DNA from: Orbicella franksi
Lineage: Eukaryota
NCBI GenBank assembly: GCA_964199315.1
Contig: OZ116700.1
Location: 12,462,001-12,526,000, forward strand
Length of the DNA: 64,000 nt
Direction: 5' to 3'
The notes under the pieces were generated by a model. The model saw only the letters and a program-made list of their open reading frames with translations, searched no databases and was not told the DNA's origin. The translations under genes were made by a program, and so were the position numbers. Shown here piece by piece: positions 50,501 through 64,000 of this stretch (the first letter of the stretch is position 1; each line of letters starts with the position of its first letter).

Positions 50501-53500
50501 TTATTTATTTCCAAGGTGACTCTGCATGTCGATACATTAAACGTGAAAAAAATGTTCGCCCCTTTTACTATAGCGCAAAAAAAAAAAAAAACAGAAATGG
50601 ATGAAGTTGCAAATCAGTCCAGATTTACAAACGAATCGTTGACGATTCCTGGAATAATTTGAAATATTTCATAATTTCAAAACACGAAGAAATAAGCAAT
50701 AGAAATTGTTTGATAGTCATACTGAACACATTTAATTGACTCCAATGCAAGCCGCTGCATTTTCAGATCATTTGAGTAATTATTCGAGGAAATTGCCCTT
50801 TCAACATAGACAATTTACATCAGATGAATTAATTACCGAGACCTTTCTGGGGAAAAAGGAAAGCAATTATAAATGGTTAATTCTATTCGATTGCAAATTT
50901 AAGAATCGATGAAGACGGTTCTTTAATTTCGTTTCTGAAAATGCTTAGATTTGAAGAGCCAAAATAATAAATCTTGTAGCTCAACTGAAAGAATTTTCCA
51001 CTACCAGTCCTCTAATGTTGTATTCGAGCAAGGGCATTGCATTCTAACAAACAATCCACTTCATAAAAACTTAGTGCCTAATGCGATTTTGAAAAAAAAA
51101 AAATACATTTTAAAATGTTCGGCGTTGAATGGTTTGTCCAACTTATATCAAAACATAATTTGAAAGGACTGACGTGATCACGTAACCAATAATTATCTCT
51201 TTTTCAACATTCAGCGCCACCTTAACAAAATACTCTACGAACGTTATCGCTTGGTAACATACTTTCAAACTTAAGAGAGTTGAGCGATTGTATAAAATAT
51301 GGATTTTTCAAATAAAAAGCAAAAGATACTCAACTTTGACAAAATGCAGGTAGTAAGGCATGCAAAAGCCGAACCGATAAAATATAATTTAATCAGGTCG
51401 ATGATCGCTCTAGCAAAGAAATAAAACTCCCCATAATTTGAAAACAGGTACAGCTCGAAAGTGGTTGCAATCTTTCCATCAAAATTGGCAGCGTCAATTA
51501 ACAATCACTACCGAGTTTAATCTATTTTCGCACTCAAATGTCACTCCAATGCAAATATTTCAGCTGAGAGGCTAAGAACTTAAGCGTCTCGTATGGTTCA
51601 TGAGCTAGCTTCTAAAACACTTTTTACTCTGTTACTAAAGCTATTTACTGTACGGTTGCTCTGAAGTGCAACACGAAATGTAAACCGAGTACAGCTAGCG
51701 CACGTGGTTGAATGCATGACTTGCGAAGGTAGAATGTAAAGACATTGATACTAACCATTGACAGAATTGGGTGTCAACCGACTGTCCTTCCCAAACGTGG
51801 TCGCCATTTCCTCTTCAAAGTAAGAATTTGTCTCTCGTGTAAAAGGTAACTGTACACATCTTACTCCCACAGCAAATATCTCAAAATGACAAACACGCAC
51901 CTCAGATCAACAATAGTTGTCATGAATATGGAAAATACGATTAGACCAACCAGTTAACAAATACGTCACAGCTTTTAACGACAACACCCTTTGCACGCTT
52001 TACCGAACGTTTTGCATTTTCTTTGTTGATATGGGAAGTCCACGTGAATCCGTATGAGCCAAATGTACACAACAGGTCATTTTTCAAGTATTATTCACTT
52101 TTGAAACAACTTTAAAGCCCTGGTCGAACGGTGCATGATAGTCGATAATAGTTAGATAATAGATAGTTAATGATGAAAGTTCTCGCAGAATCGGCTCAGA
52201 ACATCAACTATTATTCGTCGTTTAATCAGGGCTACAGATCTTATGCTCCTCCTTCATTTCAAAAGGAATTCGGTAGCGTTTATATGAACTTTTACATTTT
52301 CTATCACACGATTCGATCATCCTCGTGTGCCACACTAAAGGGTCACGAAGAATAGGTCTGAGTCAACTTAAAATGTTGAAAAAAACTAAAATAACTGACG
52401 TTTGATAAGCCCAGCTTGCATCTTTAAAAACATTTATCGAGTCCATTGTTGACTCTTACTTTCGTGAAGTTTCGTGAAGTTAATTTGCTCTCGTTTGTAC
52501 AAAGTCATCCATGTCTTCTCAAAGCTTTCCATACTAGCTATTAGCTAAAAACAAAAGGGGGGGGGGGCTTAAAGCACAGGAAAGGGATTGCATTTGGGGA
52601 TTCTGTGGTTTCTACTGCTATCTTAAATCAGATGGCAAAAAAGAAGATAGATGCAATACAAAAAAAAAAAAAAAAAAGAGTTTCACATAAACTTTGCATA
52701 AAAATGCATCCCCTACTGGAGTTGAACCCATGACATTTCGACCTGCATTCGGATCCTTTAAGATGATTCCTCAAAAATAAAAGTTATCGAACGATTTTTT
52801 TGAAGCCGCGAGTAGCGCAGCCACCTTCCTGTATCCAGCGGGAAAGCAATGAATAATTAGGTATAATTTCGTCAGAAATAAAAGTTGTCGAAGGATTTTT
52901 TTCTTAAACCTCACAATAAAAAAGATAGGTCACCTTGTCCGCAAAAGAAATATTTTGGGCCAATCTTAACCCATTTATGCCTAATCACAAGCGTTATAAT
53001 ATCATTGATCTATATTACATTTTGTATAAAAGAGAAGACACTGACATTATTTTCAATAAACGCTCTTTATTAGCAATATACTTAAAGTCATCACTACATT
53101 ACACTTTGATATCTTGTGGCGTTTCCGTTGTCTCTTCCTATTAGGTCAGTGGTAGCACTTAGATTTGACCTAGAGGCAAAACATATACCATGACTAGCAT
53201 TATGTGCGAACTTCAAATCTGACTCAGTGTTAAATGTCTTTGCTATAGGCAGACAAGATATTCAGGATAGAGGAAACGTTTTCCCGTGTCTCGTTACGTT
53301 GTAGAAAAATTCAAGTGTGGGTAAACCAAAACCAAAGTACATTTAAACACAATATATGTACGTGAAAGTAAAACAGACACAGGATAAATCAACATATTCT
53401 TGAATACTTACATCTCCAACATTGAAAAAAAAATCAATAACCTGCAGAAAAAAAATTACATTAAGCAACAAACAAACTTTTTATCTCCCAACATTTCTTG

Positions 53501-53983
53501 CAATGTTAGAACTCCTTAAGAACACGTGAGCGATAAAATATTTAGAAGAATAAGCTGCATTGTAGAGAGACCGTCCCGGTATCAAGAATCAAGATTTATT
53601 GTCGGTGTTACATTTTCTGAGCTTTCGGCATGTTTTCTCTGAATGAAATGTTTCGGCCGTCAATCCACCTTCAACTGCCACATTTTCGTAAGCTGCTTAG
53701 AAATCCCCTGTTACTATTTTAAACTCCTGGGTGTAGAGATTCTTTGAAAAAAGAAATTTCCTTTTTCAGGAATACAACACAACGATCACTATATGTCACG
53801 GCACAAACCCAAGGCCCTTCAGACGAACTCAACGCAGCAACTATCAAATTTGACATCTTGGCGAAAAAAATGGAAAGAAAAAGAAACAAAAGGAAACAAG
53901 CCTTAAACTTTTGAACTAAATTGAGTAAAAATAGGTGACAATATATCACAACGGACTTGGCATTGTACATCACAACAAACATT

Positions 53984-56900
53984 CTACGTACAAGGTTTGC
54001 CTGTGCAGCGTTCAACTTGGTCATTCTGTCCATCGCAACCACTTCCACCGAATTGCGGAGCGGGGTCAGTGCATGAACGGGATCTCTTTCTGTAGCTTAA
54101 GCCGCAGGTCTTGGTGCATTGAGTCCAGGAACCCCAGGTGGTCCAATGACCATCAACTATAACAATAGCAACAAGGTACACGTGAAAAAAAAAATTGTTT
54201 AAAGAAAAAACTCTAGCCAGTGGAACAAACATCCCTATCAGGAAGCCTCTCGTATCTTAATAATGTCCTGTCTTCTGATTTTTTAAGGAAGTTTTATTCA
54301 TAGTCGATATTTTCTGCCCATTTCATTCAGTTCCCCATATCAACGCGAATTAACAGTCATTTTCCCATATATTTTAATATATTAAAACATAACTGAGTAA
54401 AGCTATCCACTCTTTAACTTACTTGGGCAAGGATAGTAAGCATGGCAACGACGTTTCTGAAATCCAATTCCAACACAGGATTTTCCATTGTGCGCCGGTT
54501 TGGGATTATCGCAGTTACGTGTTCTCTCTCGGGTACCGTATCCACATGTTTTACTGCAAGCCGTCCAAGAGCTCCACGAACCCCACATTCCGTCAACTGC
54601 AAAACGGAAGTTTTGTGCGTGATAAACATCAGTAATAAATTCTAACAATCCTGCCACTCTTACTTTTGTAACCCTTACCTACTGCAATTCTGTCGGCCTA
54701 ATAACTCTAAATGTTGTTAATTATTTTCTTCATCAAGGGAGGATGAAAGGTTAAAGAGCTCATCGCCCGAATAGACCTCGTTATCAAGTTAAAGTTATTT
54801 TTTGATCCCTCCCCACAACAGAAATCCCAGGCTAGGAGGACTTAGCAATAGCCGGAAACTGGACCAGTAGTGTAACCAGTATTAGGTAAGTTCTTATTTT
54901 CTTACTTGGGCAAGGAACATTCTCGTTGCAAGTGACTGTCTCGCTGGGGTCTCCTTGACAGTGTTTTCCACCATACTGAGGCGCTGGAGAATTGCATTCG
55001 CGAGTTCTTGACCTTTTTCCTTCTTTGCATGTCTTACTGCATGTGCTCCAGGTACTCCATTTCCCATAGCCTCCATTAACTAATAAAAACAGAATAAGGA
55101 AAGTACGAGTAGAATTTTATTGCTTCAAATTTTTCTTGTCGTTTCCACTTTTAGTTTTAAAGACAACGAGATTTGTTTCGGGCACGCAAATGATTCAGCG
55201 ACCGGGAATGATCCCCAGATTGTGGAAAGGATCTGGAAATGATCGCCCCGCCATAAAAGATGGAAATGGGTGAGCCTAGGAAGTTGGACAATAGAACGAT
55301 GTTTCACTTTCATGAATGACAACAGTGCAAATTTACAATTTAAGTAAATAAAACAATTAAACTACACAAATTCGAGTGTCTCATTTACGAAATGATGATA
55401 ATCAAAGAAAACCCACCATCCTTGAAAATGCATGCGCAAGCGGGCGCCATCCGCACGAAGTGGAACATGCGCTACAATTTGTTAATTATACCTTTCGCTT
55501 GTTTAAATTCTTATGTCCCCCGATATTTTTGCTGTTAGCTTGAAAATGATGTTCGAAACATTGAAATGTCAGACCACTGCAATTTCAAAACTAAGGAATG
55601 CCTTAAATTGAGCTTAACGTGCTATAATTTAATCTGAGTCTTACCTGGGCACTTATCCTTGTTGCAAAGCCGTCGTTGTCTGAATGCTCCTACACAGTCT
55701 TTACCTCCATGAGCAGGCGCTGGATTGTTGCATTTGCGTGTTCTTGAATGTTCTCCTCCTCCGCATGTTTTACTACACTTACTCCATTCACCCCACTCTC
55801 CCCAGTTTCCATTCACTATGAAAAATAATCCCACCCGGTTTAGCAATTGCGGGCTTCGCTTCCTCTAACATTAAATGGCAAACCAGTCCAATATGAAAAG
55901 GAGACTTTTGATTGGTTCCCCGAATTTTGCAGCATGGACTGCTGGGATGAACTCTTCCCGTACAGGTTTCGGCGAAATGCTTTTCAAAAACATTGGACAA
56001 AAGAAAATAGTTTGTTGTTAAATAGCAATCTTTTTTCCCTTCATATTGGGCGGAGAATAGTTATCCTAATACGAACCTCATATTAGTTCAAGGTGGTTCA
56101 CACAAGACATGTTCGTATTTTTCTTTGTGCCTCGTCGCGCTTACGCCAAAGGCACAACCGACTTAAGTGAACTTTCTCTTAAAACATTTTACGGTGTAAA
56201 ACCGTGAATAAATTATCAGTTGAATATCTAAACTAATAATTTGCATTTCTTGGCAATATTAGCGCACCTGGGCAAGAGACTTTGTCGTTGCACACTTGAC
56301 TTTCTTGTGCCTCTCCGTCACATTTCTTTCCACCGTACTGTGGAGCTGGTGAATTACATTCACGTTTTCTTGATTGTTTTCCTTGTTTGCAGGTTTTAGT
56401 ACAAGTGCTCCACTCGCCCCACTCTCCCCATTCTCCGTCAACTAATAGTAGCAAAATGAAAATTATTGGAAGCTTCAGCTTCACGCATATTTATCTACAT
56501 GTCACACCACCCGAAAAGTAATCTTCGACACGTGTCAAACACATCTAAAGTTGACTAAACATATATCAAAGAAAGATAGTAAATTTTAAAATTACCTGGT
56601 ACAGAGGCTGTGAATTCAAGCTTACCTGGGCAGGGCACCTTCTGGTTACACACTTGACTTTCCTTTGCTTTGCCATCACATTTCTTTCCACCGTACTGAG
56701 GAGCTGGCGAATTACATTTACGTGTTCTTGATTGCTTTCCTTGTTTACAACTCTTTGTACATGTACTCCACTCGCTCCATTGTCCCCAGCTGCCATCAAC
56801 TGGAAGAAAATAACACTTCGACTGTAAGTAAATACAATACTAGTACCTAGGTGTACTTTCCTTTTGAACAAAAAACTCCATCTGATGCATTTGAGACAAT

Positions 56901-59900
56901 AAAATAAAAATAAAAATTGTGAGTTAAACCAAAGAGGTATCTTTCATCACTTCTGCTGGGAGGAAATTAAGGTTATACTGTTATTTAAGATGCGAGGAAA
57001 TACAAATGAGGCTTCCAAGTGTGGCGTAGAATATTAAACTTAGGATGGCGAAATAAATTACTGCTCTGAAACGATGAATTAAAGATGTTACCAGTCTAGC
57101 TTACCTGGGCAGGAGACATTCTGGTTACAAACTTGTGCTTCCTTTGCTTCTCCATCACACTTATTTCCACCGTATTGTGGAGCTGGTGAATTACATTCAC
57201 GTGTTCTTGATTGTTTTCCTTGTTTGCAACTCTTTGTACAAGTGCTCCACTCACTCCATTGTCCCCAGCTACCATGAACTGAAGAGATAAAAAATATTTT
57301 GATTGTAAACAGGGTATTATAACAGCACCATGATGTCTCAATTTATAGTTTGCAACAAATTACCTCAGCGTTACAACAGAGCAAACAAACCGTAAATCAC
57401 ATCTTACCTGGACATGGAACCATTTCGTTGCAAATCTGAGTTTCCTTCCCCTCTCCATCACATTTCTTCCCTCCATATTGAGGAGCTGGTGAATTACATT
57501 CACGTGCTCTTGACTGTTTTCCTTGTTTGCAGGTTTTAGTGCAAGTGCTCCACTTGCCCCACTCTCCCCACTCTCCGTCAACTAAAAGCAGCAAAATGAA
57601 AATTATTGGAAGCTTCAGCTTCACGCATATTTATCTACATGTCACACCACTCGAAAAGTAATCTTAGACACGTGTCAAACACATCTAAAGTTGACTAAAC
57701 ATATATCAAAGAAAGATAGTAAATTTTAAAATTACCTGGTACAGAGGCTGTGAATTCAAGCTTACCTGGGCAGGGCACCTTCTGGTTACACACTTGACTT
57801 TCCTTTGCTTTGCCATCACATTTCTTTCCACCGTACTGAGGAGCTGGCGAATTACATTTACGTGTTCTTGATTGCTTTCCTTGTTTACAACTCTTTGTAC
57901 ATGTACTCCACTCGCTCCATTGCGCCCAGCTGCCATCAACTGGAAGAAAATAACATTTCGACTGTAAGTAAATACAATACTAGTACCTAAGTGCACATTC
58001 TTTTAGAAAATAAAGAAAAAGAAAAAAAACTCTATCTGATGCATTTGAGGCAGTAAAATAAAAATACAAATTGTGAGTTAAACCAAAGAGGTATCTTTCA
58101 TCACTTCTGCTGGGAGGAAATTAAGGTTTCACTATTATTTACGATGCGAGGAAATACAAATGAAGCTTCCAAGTGTGGCGTAGAATATTGAACTTAGGAT
58201 GGCGAAATAAATTCGAGCTTACCTGGGCAGGGGACATTCTGGTTACAAACTTGTGCTTCCTTTGCCTCTCCATCACACTTATTTCCACCGTACTGTGGAG
58301 CTGGTGAATTACATTCACGTGTTCTTGATTGTTTTCCTTGTTTGCAACTCTTTGTACAAGTGCTCCACTCACCCCATTGTCCCCAGTTACCATGAACTGG
58401 AAAGATAAAAAAAATATTTTGATTGTAAACGGGGTATTACAGCAGCACTATGATGTCTCAAATTAAAGTTTGTAACAAATTACCTCAACGATACAACAGA
58501 ACAAAAAAAATTGTAAATCACATCTTACCTGGACATGGAACCATTTCGTTGCAAATCTGAGTTTCCTTCCCCTCTCCATCACATTTCTTCCCTCCATATT
58601 GAGGAGCTGGTGAATTACATTCACGTTTTCTTGATTGCTTTCCTTGTTTGCAGGTTTTAGTGCAAGTGCTCCACTCGCCCCACTTTCCCCACTCTCCGTC
58701 AACTAAAAGCAGCAAAATGAAAATTATTGGAAGCTTCAGCTTCACGCATATTTATCTACATGTCACACCACTCGAAAAGTAATCTTAGACACGTGTCAAA
58801 CACATCTAAAGTTGACTAAACATATATCAAAGAAAGATAGTAAATTTTAAAATTACCTGGTACAGAGGCTGTGAATTCAAGCTTACCTGGGCAGGGCACC
58901 TTCTGGTTACACACTTGACTTTCCTTTGCTTTGCCATCACATTTCTTTCCACCGTACTGAGGAGCTGGCGAATTACATTTACGTGTTCTTGATTGCTTTC
59001 CTTGTTTACAACTCTTTGTACATGTACTCCACTCGCTCCATTGCGCCCAGCTGCCATCAACTGGAAGAAAATAACATTTCGACTGTAAGTAAATACAATA
59101 CTAGTACCTAGGTGTACTTTCTTTTTGAACAAAAAACTCTATCTGATGCATTTGAGACAATAAAATAAAAATAAAAATTGTGAGTTAAACCCAAGAGGTA
59201 TCTTTCATCACTTCTGCTGGGAGGAAAGTAAGGTTATACCATTATTACGATGCAATGAAATACAAATGAGGCTTCCAAGTGTGGCGTAGAATATTAAACT
59301 TAGGATAGCGAAATAAATTACTGCTCTGAAACGATGAATTAAAGATGTTACCAGTCTAGCTTACCTGGGCAGGAGACATTCTGGTTACAAACTTGTGCTT
59401 CCTTTGCTTCTCCATCACACTTATTTCCACCGTATTGTGGAGCTGGTGAATTACATTCACGTGTTCTTGATTGTTTTCCTTGTTTGCAACTCTTTGTACA
59501 AGTGCTCCACTCACTCCATTGTCCCCAGCTACCATGAACTGAAAAGATAAAAATATATTTTGATTGTAAACAGGGTATTATAACAGCACCATGATGTCTT
59601 AATTTAAAGTTTACAACAAATTACCTCAACGATACAACAGAAAAAACAAACTGTAAATCACATCTTACCTGGACATGGAACCATTTCGTTGCAAATCTGA
59701 GTTTCCTTCCCCTCGCCATCACATTTCTTCCCTCCATATTTTGGAGCTGGTGAATTACATTCACGTTTTCTTGATTGCTTCCCCTGTTTGCATGTTTTAG
59801 TGCACGTGCTCCATCCGCTCCACTCACCCCAGTTTCCATTAACTAAACACAAACGTTATATTAGTATCAACCACATAAGCTTGCACTGATGTATATTATC

Positions 59901-62350
59901 AATGCAGGGAAATACTCGGTTTACTCTGTTTTCTACTCAGTAACCACCGAGTACATTAAATTACTGGTATGACTACAATCCCTGAAAAACAACACATTTT
60001 ATGCATTGGAAGCGAAGTAAATTATTACCACATGGAGCACAACAAGGACCTATCTCTCATGACAGAAGATGGAGGGAGGGAGAAACAAAGTTTTTTTTAT
60101 GATAAGAGGCAACGCATATGACCCATTGTGACTACATAAGATATCAAAACTAATTGTTGTTTTGCAATAAATGATCCGGAGGAGATCATTTGTGATTATA
60201 CAGCGAATTAAAGAACCCGGTGACGACGTTTGTGCTTGTGTTTGTGTCGTAGTGAAAACCAGGTTTTACATTCATTGTACCTTCGCAAATGCTGCAGGTC
60301 TTCTGGCACTTAAAGTACTTGAACGAGGGATAATCGCAATAGCCTTTCTTTTTGTAATGCTGACATTTCTCTGCACCATAGCGATCGCTCCCTGGTCCTG
60401 TAAAAAAAAAAAAAAAAAAAAAAAAAACATCAACGGCCTTATGGAAATTTTGATGGCTACAAGAGCGTTCTAGCTGTTTTAAAAGAGCTGATTACCAGTT
60501 CCCAAGAGTATATAAAAATTGTAAAAGAAGGCAACGTTATTGTTTTATTTTTGTGTTTAAATTGTTTCACGGAAGCAATAAGAGTAGATAATTAGGATAT
60601 CCTTGGATTTGGCATATGACGAGCGCTAAACAATAACAGAATGCATGCGATCAAAACACGGCTCGGAGAAATAATTTAAAAATGAAATGCATTAATAGTT
60701 TTTAAAAGACACGTTTCTTCACCTTCACACCCAGAGCATGTTTTACGACATTCTCTCATGTGTTGATCACACTTTCCTTCTTTCTTTATCTTGAAGCACG
60801 AGTTGCATTTGTAAATGTCCAGGCAACCTGGAGGAAAAAAAAGCTCGCACATATGTATGAATATTACGTATTGTTCTGATATTTTTTAAACACCTTTCCC
60901 GTTTTAAACACCTTTCCCGTTTTTTTTTTTTTCTGGCAATTGCCTGATGATTGCTTCGGAGGAGGCATGAAACTCTGAGCAGCAAGTAAATGTCTTGGAT
61001 CAACTAATCCAGCTCTTTACTTCTATGTTGTTATAAACTGCTCTAGTCTAACTATTGAGTACTCTGATGGGCGATGAGGATTTCAACCTGCTATTTAGTT
61101 AGGAACAACGGAATATATTATATGGCTGAACTGGTCCGCTTTAAACAATAGAATTCTGATTTTCCCTTTAGCGGTCTGAATTTTGCAATACGGATCACTA
61201 AGATGGGCCGCTCATGAACTGATTTCTGCGAATTGTTTTTCCGTTTCATTGTACAACAGTTTTTTTTTTGTTGTTGTTTTTTTTTTGTAGAGTAGAAATC
61301 TTTTTTTGCCTTTTTTACCTGCAGAAAAATATAACTCCACTAATATTTTTCCAATACGGACCTCGCGCTTGTTCAATAGCATATATTTATTTCATGCTGC
61401 AGAAAACTACATGTAAGAAAACTTTACGTTAGTTTTAGACGTTCGTGGTTTTCCTGTCATACATGTATGCATTAGTAATAGCTAATAATGAAAGTAGTGA
61501 ATGATGAAATAATGAAAGCTCGAGCAATTAACAATGTACACTATACTTTTAATTTGTGAGAATTCTTTCAAATTACTCTCTTATAAGGCTTTAGGTACAT
61601 TCCTCGCGCCTGCATATGTCTCTCTGGATATCTGTCCTCATTATTTAGCTGTTACATATCTGGATGAAATAATCTGATAGCAGTGAAAGTTTTGTACAAA
61701 GTACGAATCATATACATGGTAACAGGGAATTAGTTCTACCAGGACATAGTAGACATTTTTAAACTTACGGTTATAATAGCCAGAGTCGTTTGAGGGTACA
61801 TCATTAAGATCTGAAAAGAAAATAGGCCTGACTAATGTATGTGACTTGATTTATATCATGTAAAATGTATATATGCAGAGCAGACAGAAGTCCAATTTGC
61901 ACTCAACAATCTGTTACAGTCTGTTGGCATGGGCACATCAAAACTCGGGGGATATATGATTCGAAGTTGAACCTGGCAACCACCTTGTTTCTTTTAAACA
62001 GAAAGCCCATTCTGCAATGGAATTTCTACGATCTATTCTGAATCCATGAAGATCTAGGTCCCAAAGCGGCAAAAATATCTCCAACACTAGCAAATTAGGT
62101 GTAAGGTATCTGTGTATGGCCATAACTGGAATCACTTCATATTGTACAACTCTGACTGAATCAAAACTCCAACTGACCTCATTCGGATCATGAGAACTAC
62201 GGCTAGGCCCATTTATGACTTAAAATGGATCTTACTTGGTAAAACACAAATCTTACCATTCTCTTCATCTGAGCTCTCTGAAAATGGCCAAAACGCCGAA
62301 GCTAAATGGAAAGTCAATAAGGCAAAAACCAACAAACGGGGTATAAGCAT
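53984..62350 (-). CDS. Secreted ShKT(x2)-thrombospondin type-1 repeat(x14) protein, 929 aa, 18 exons
   Basis: Exons 62350-62257 (signal peptide MLIPRLLVFALLTFHLASA), 61810-61769, 60827-60723 (ShKT1), 60397-60281 (ShKT2). TSR exons 59842-59669, 59538-59365, 59060-58887, 58702-58529, 58396-58223, 57939-57766, 57581-57408, 57278-57105, 56799-56626, 56441-56268, 55815-55645, 55079-54906, 54596-54423, 54156-53984. All introns are GT-AG and phase 1; total 2790 nt. TSR signature WxxWxxW-CxxT/SCxxG-R.R.C. No TM segment before the stop. Confidence 0.88.
56268..59842 (-). repeat. Tandem 3-exon (A-B-C) cassette repeated about 3.1 times inside the TSR gene, including introns
   Basis: Exon A starts at 59842, 58702, 57581 and 56441 (spacing 1140, 1121, 1140). 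Introns are near-identical between copies. Confidence 0.95.
61125..61390. repeat. Short intronic relative of the TTATATGGCT-start repeat family
   Basis: Begins TATTATATGGCTG like 40110 and contains ATTCTGATTTTCCC and CAATACGGA twice. Assignment is tentative. Confidence 0.3.
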
Positions 62351-64000
62351 TTTGCTCTTTAGCCTTCTCTTCCCTTGTCCTTTTTTTTTTCAAAGCCAGC
62401 AGCGCTATCGAGAAACTAAATTGGAGTTTATATATACTTACTAGAAAGTCATTGCCATTGGATATGGGAACATAAAATGATGAACAAAGGAAACCCAGGG
62501 AGACAAATTTGAACAATACACGTCCGTCACTTTTGTTCCTTTTCATGCTAAAGAAAACTCAATAAAGAAAAGGTCATCGAATGAAAAGATTTTTGAATAA
62601 AAGTTGAATTCTATTTTTTGCTTAGTTAAATGGTCCAAAATCATGCATTAGCACTTGTCAGCAAACACGAATTTTGTGGCGGGAATAAAGACAAAACGAC
62701 ATTTTCTAACTGAGAAATTAAATGAAATAATGTTACTTCAATTGAATTTTATTTTATTTTTTTTTTTCTAATCGTTACTCGTAACAACCACGAATTCTAT
62801 TATACGTTCAACAGTCATATGTCATTACAACAAAGTTCAATATAGGTTTTCCTTCGTCAATTTCAAGTTCAAGCACCCTTAAAAACTGAATATCGTACAT
62901 GCATCAATCACAAAGTCTGATGAATTTCCTGCTTTGTCTTAGTATTAGTTATAGATTTTTTAAATGCACACAAGGCAGAACAATGTGTTTCTATTGTTTC
63001 CAAATAAGGATAGGTATCTTTGTCGTGATTCCTGGCTGTAGAAACTTTATTCAGGTTCTTGAGTAACAGATGGTACGATTTTGGTACTCTTAATCAAAAC
63101 GATCATTTCAATATTTGGTATTTATTAATTTAACAACTATTTGCTCATTTGCCACCAAATTTCCTTAACTAGTTGCTATAAATATCTCTCGATTTGTCCG
63201 ACGCCAAGACTGAATAAATTTAATTAATCGAGTTTTCAGGTGTTGTGAATGTGATCTATTTTATTCTAAAAAAATGATCCAACAGTCAAATACAAACTCG
63301 AGTCATAAAACGTCCAAAATGTCATGCCACAATGTACACAGTACACCATTTATTAGCTATGTTGAAACATTAATGGCCCTTTTTCGGTTGCGAAGCACCT
63401 TTTTGTTCTTCCTAGTACAAAAGATAATGGAACAATTACTAACTGAGGAGCAATATAATCACATCGAAATATAAAACACTGCCGATGGTGTTATTAGTCA
63501 GCGATATCTTGACCACATTAATCACACAATTAATTCAGCATTAAATATATCATTTTCGAAAACCCTGTCTAGGGATATAAGTGTTGTGCCGTATTAAGAA
63601 AGCACCCTTGCTCGGCTTTTGTTGATCAGTATTACATCTTTAGTGAACAATAGAAGCCATTCGTGACAAATCAAAGCAGCTTTTTGGTTAACTAACTTCC
63701 TATTGAATAAGCAAAAAACCTAACGTTAGCACTGTGCTTACGTTACCCAACATGATGATGTCCTCAAACCCTATTCGCCAACGTTTGGTTTTGCGGAAAA
63801 GAAATATTGAAAACAAAAAAAAAAAAAAGAAAGAAAGAGAGAAATATGGTACATCTGGCTACTAATAAGAATGGTTCAGAGTGAATTTTAATCTCCCGGG
63901 ATTTAAGCACTCCTCTTATATGTTTTAACACAACATTACTGAATTAATGCTAGCTAGTGCAACAGCAAATTCTCGTCGACTACAACGTTCAAACTTGCTC

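Noticed and set aside
52710-52765. tRNA-like fragment on the minus strand (GGTTCAACTCC B-box)
   Set aside because: No complete cloverleaf can be built; at most a decayed SINE.
43700-53700. Scattered 60-114 aa ORFs in the 44-53 kb region
   Set aside because: Low-complexity AT-rich translations without motifs or consistent splice sites; treated as intergenic DNA with repeat fragments I could not delimit reliably.
56566-59132. Repeated 100-aa ORFs such as MFKRKVHLGTS...
   Set aside because: Off-frame translations of TSR exon C plus intron; the spliced TSR frame explains the sequence.
61938-62135. 65-aa minus-strand ORF as the N-terminus of the TSR gene
   Set aside because: It has no signal peptide or fitting splice sites; the exon at 62350-62257 gives a clear signal peptide and a phase-1 GTAAG donor.

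Overview
AT-rich eukaryotic (animal) DNA with spliceosomal genes. A cnidarian, probably a stony coral, is inferred from the GPCR type, the ShKT domains and the repeat families; it is not shown directly. (1) 2.0-4.7 kb, minus strand: a 7-exon gene for a secreted precursor with two cationic, Cys-rich peptides separated by acidic spacers. (2) 7.8-39.9 kb: a segmentally duplicated block carrying three copies of an intronless class A GPCR. One has a nonsense codon, one is internally deleted and one is intact. The paralogous blocks give empty sites for several MITE insertions. (3) 16.6-21.5 kb: a full-length but decayed PAT-like (DIRS order) tyrosine-recombinase retrotransposon with split direct repeats, inserted just upstream of GPCR copy 1. 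Its internal B-A repeat junction lies inside a predicted in-frame spliceosomal intron of gag. (4) 24.6-28.9 kb: a 200-bp satellite interrupted by a TTAA-flanked TIR element. (5) 40-53 kb: mostly non-coding, with MITEs and hairpin repeats. (6) 54.0-62.4 kb, minus strand: an 18-exon gene for a 929-aa secreted protein (signal peptide, 2 ShKT-like domains with 7 and 5 Cys, 14 thrombospondin type-1 repeats) with a recently triplicated 3-exon block. All gene models were built by eye from GT-AG sites and frame continuity; no database search was run.
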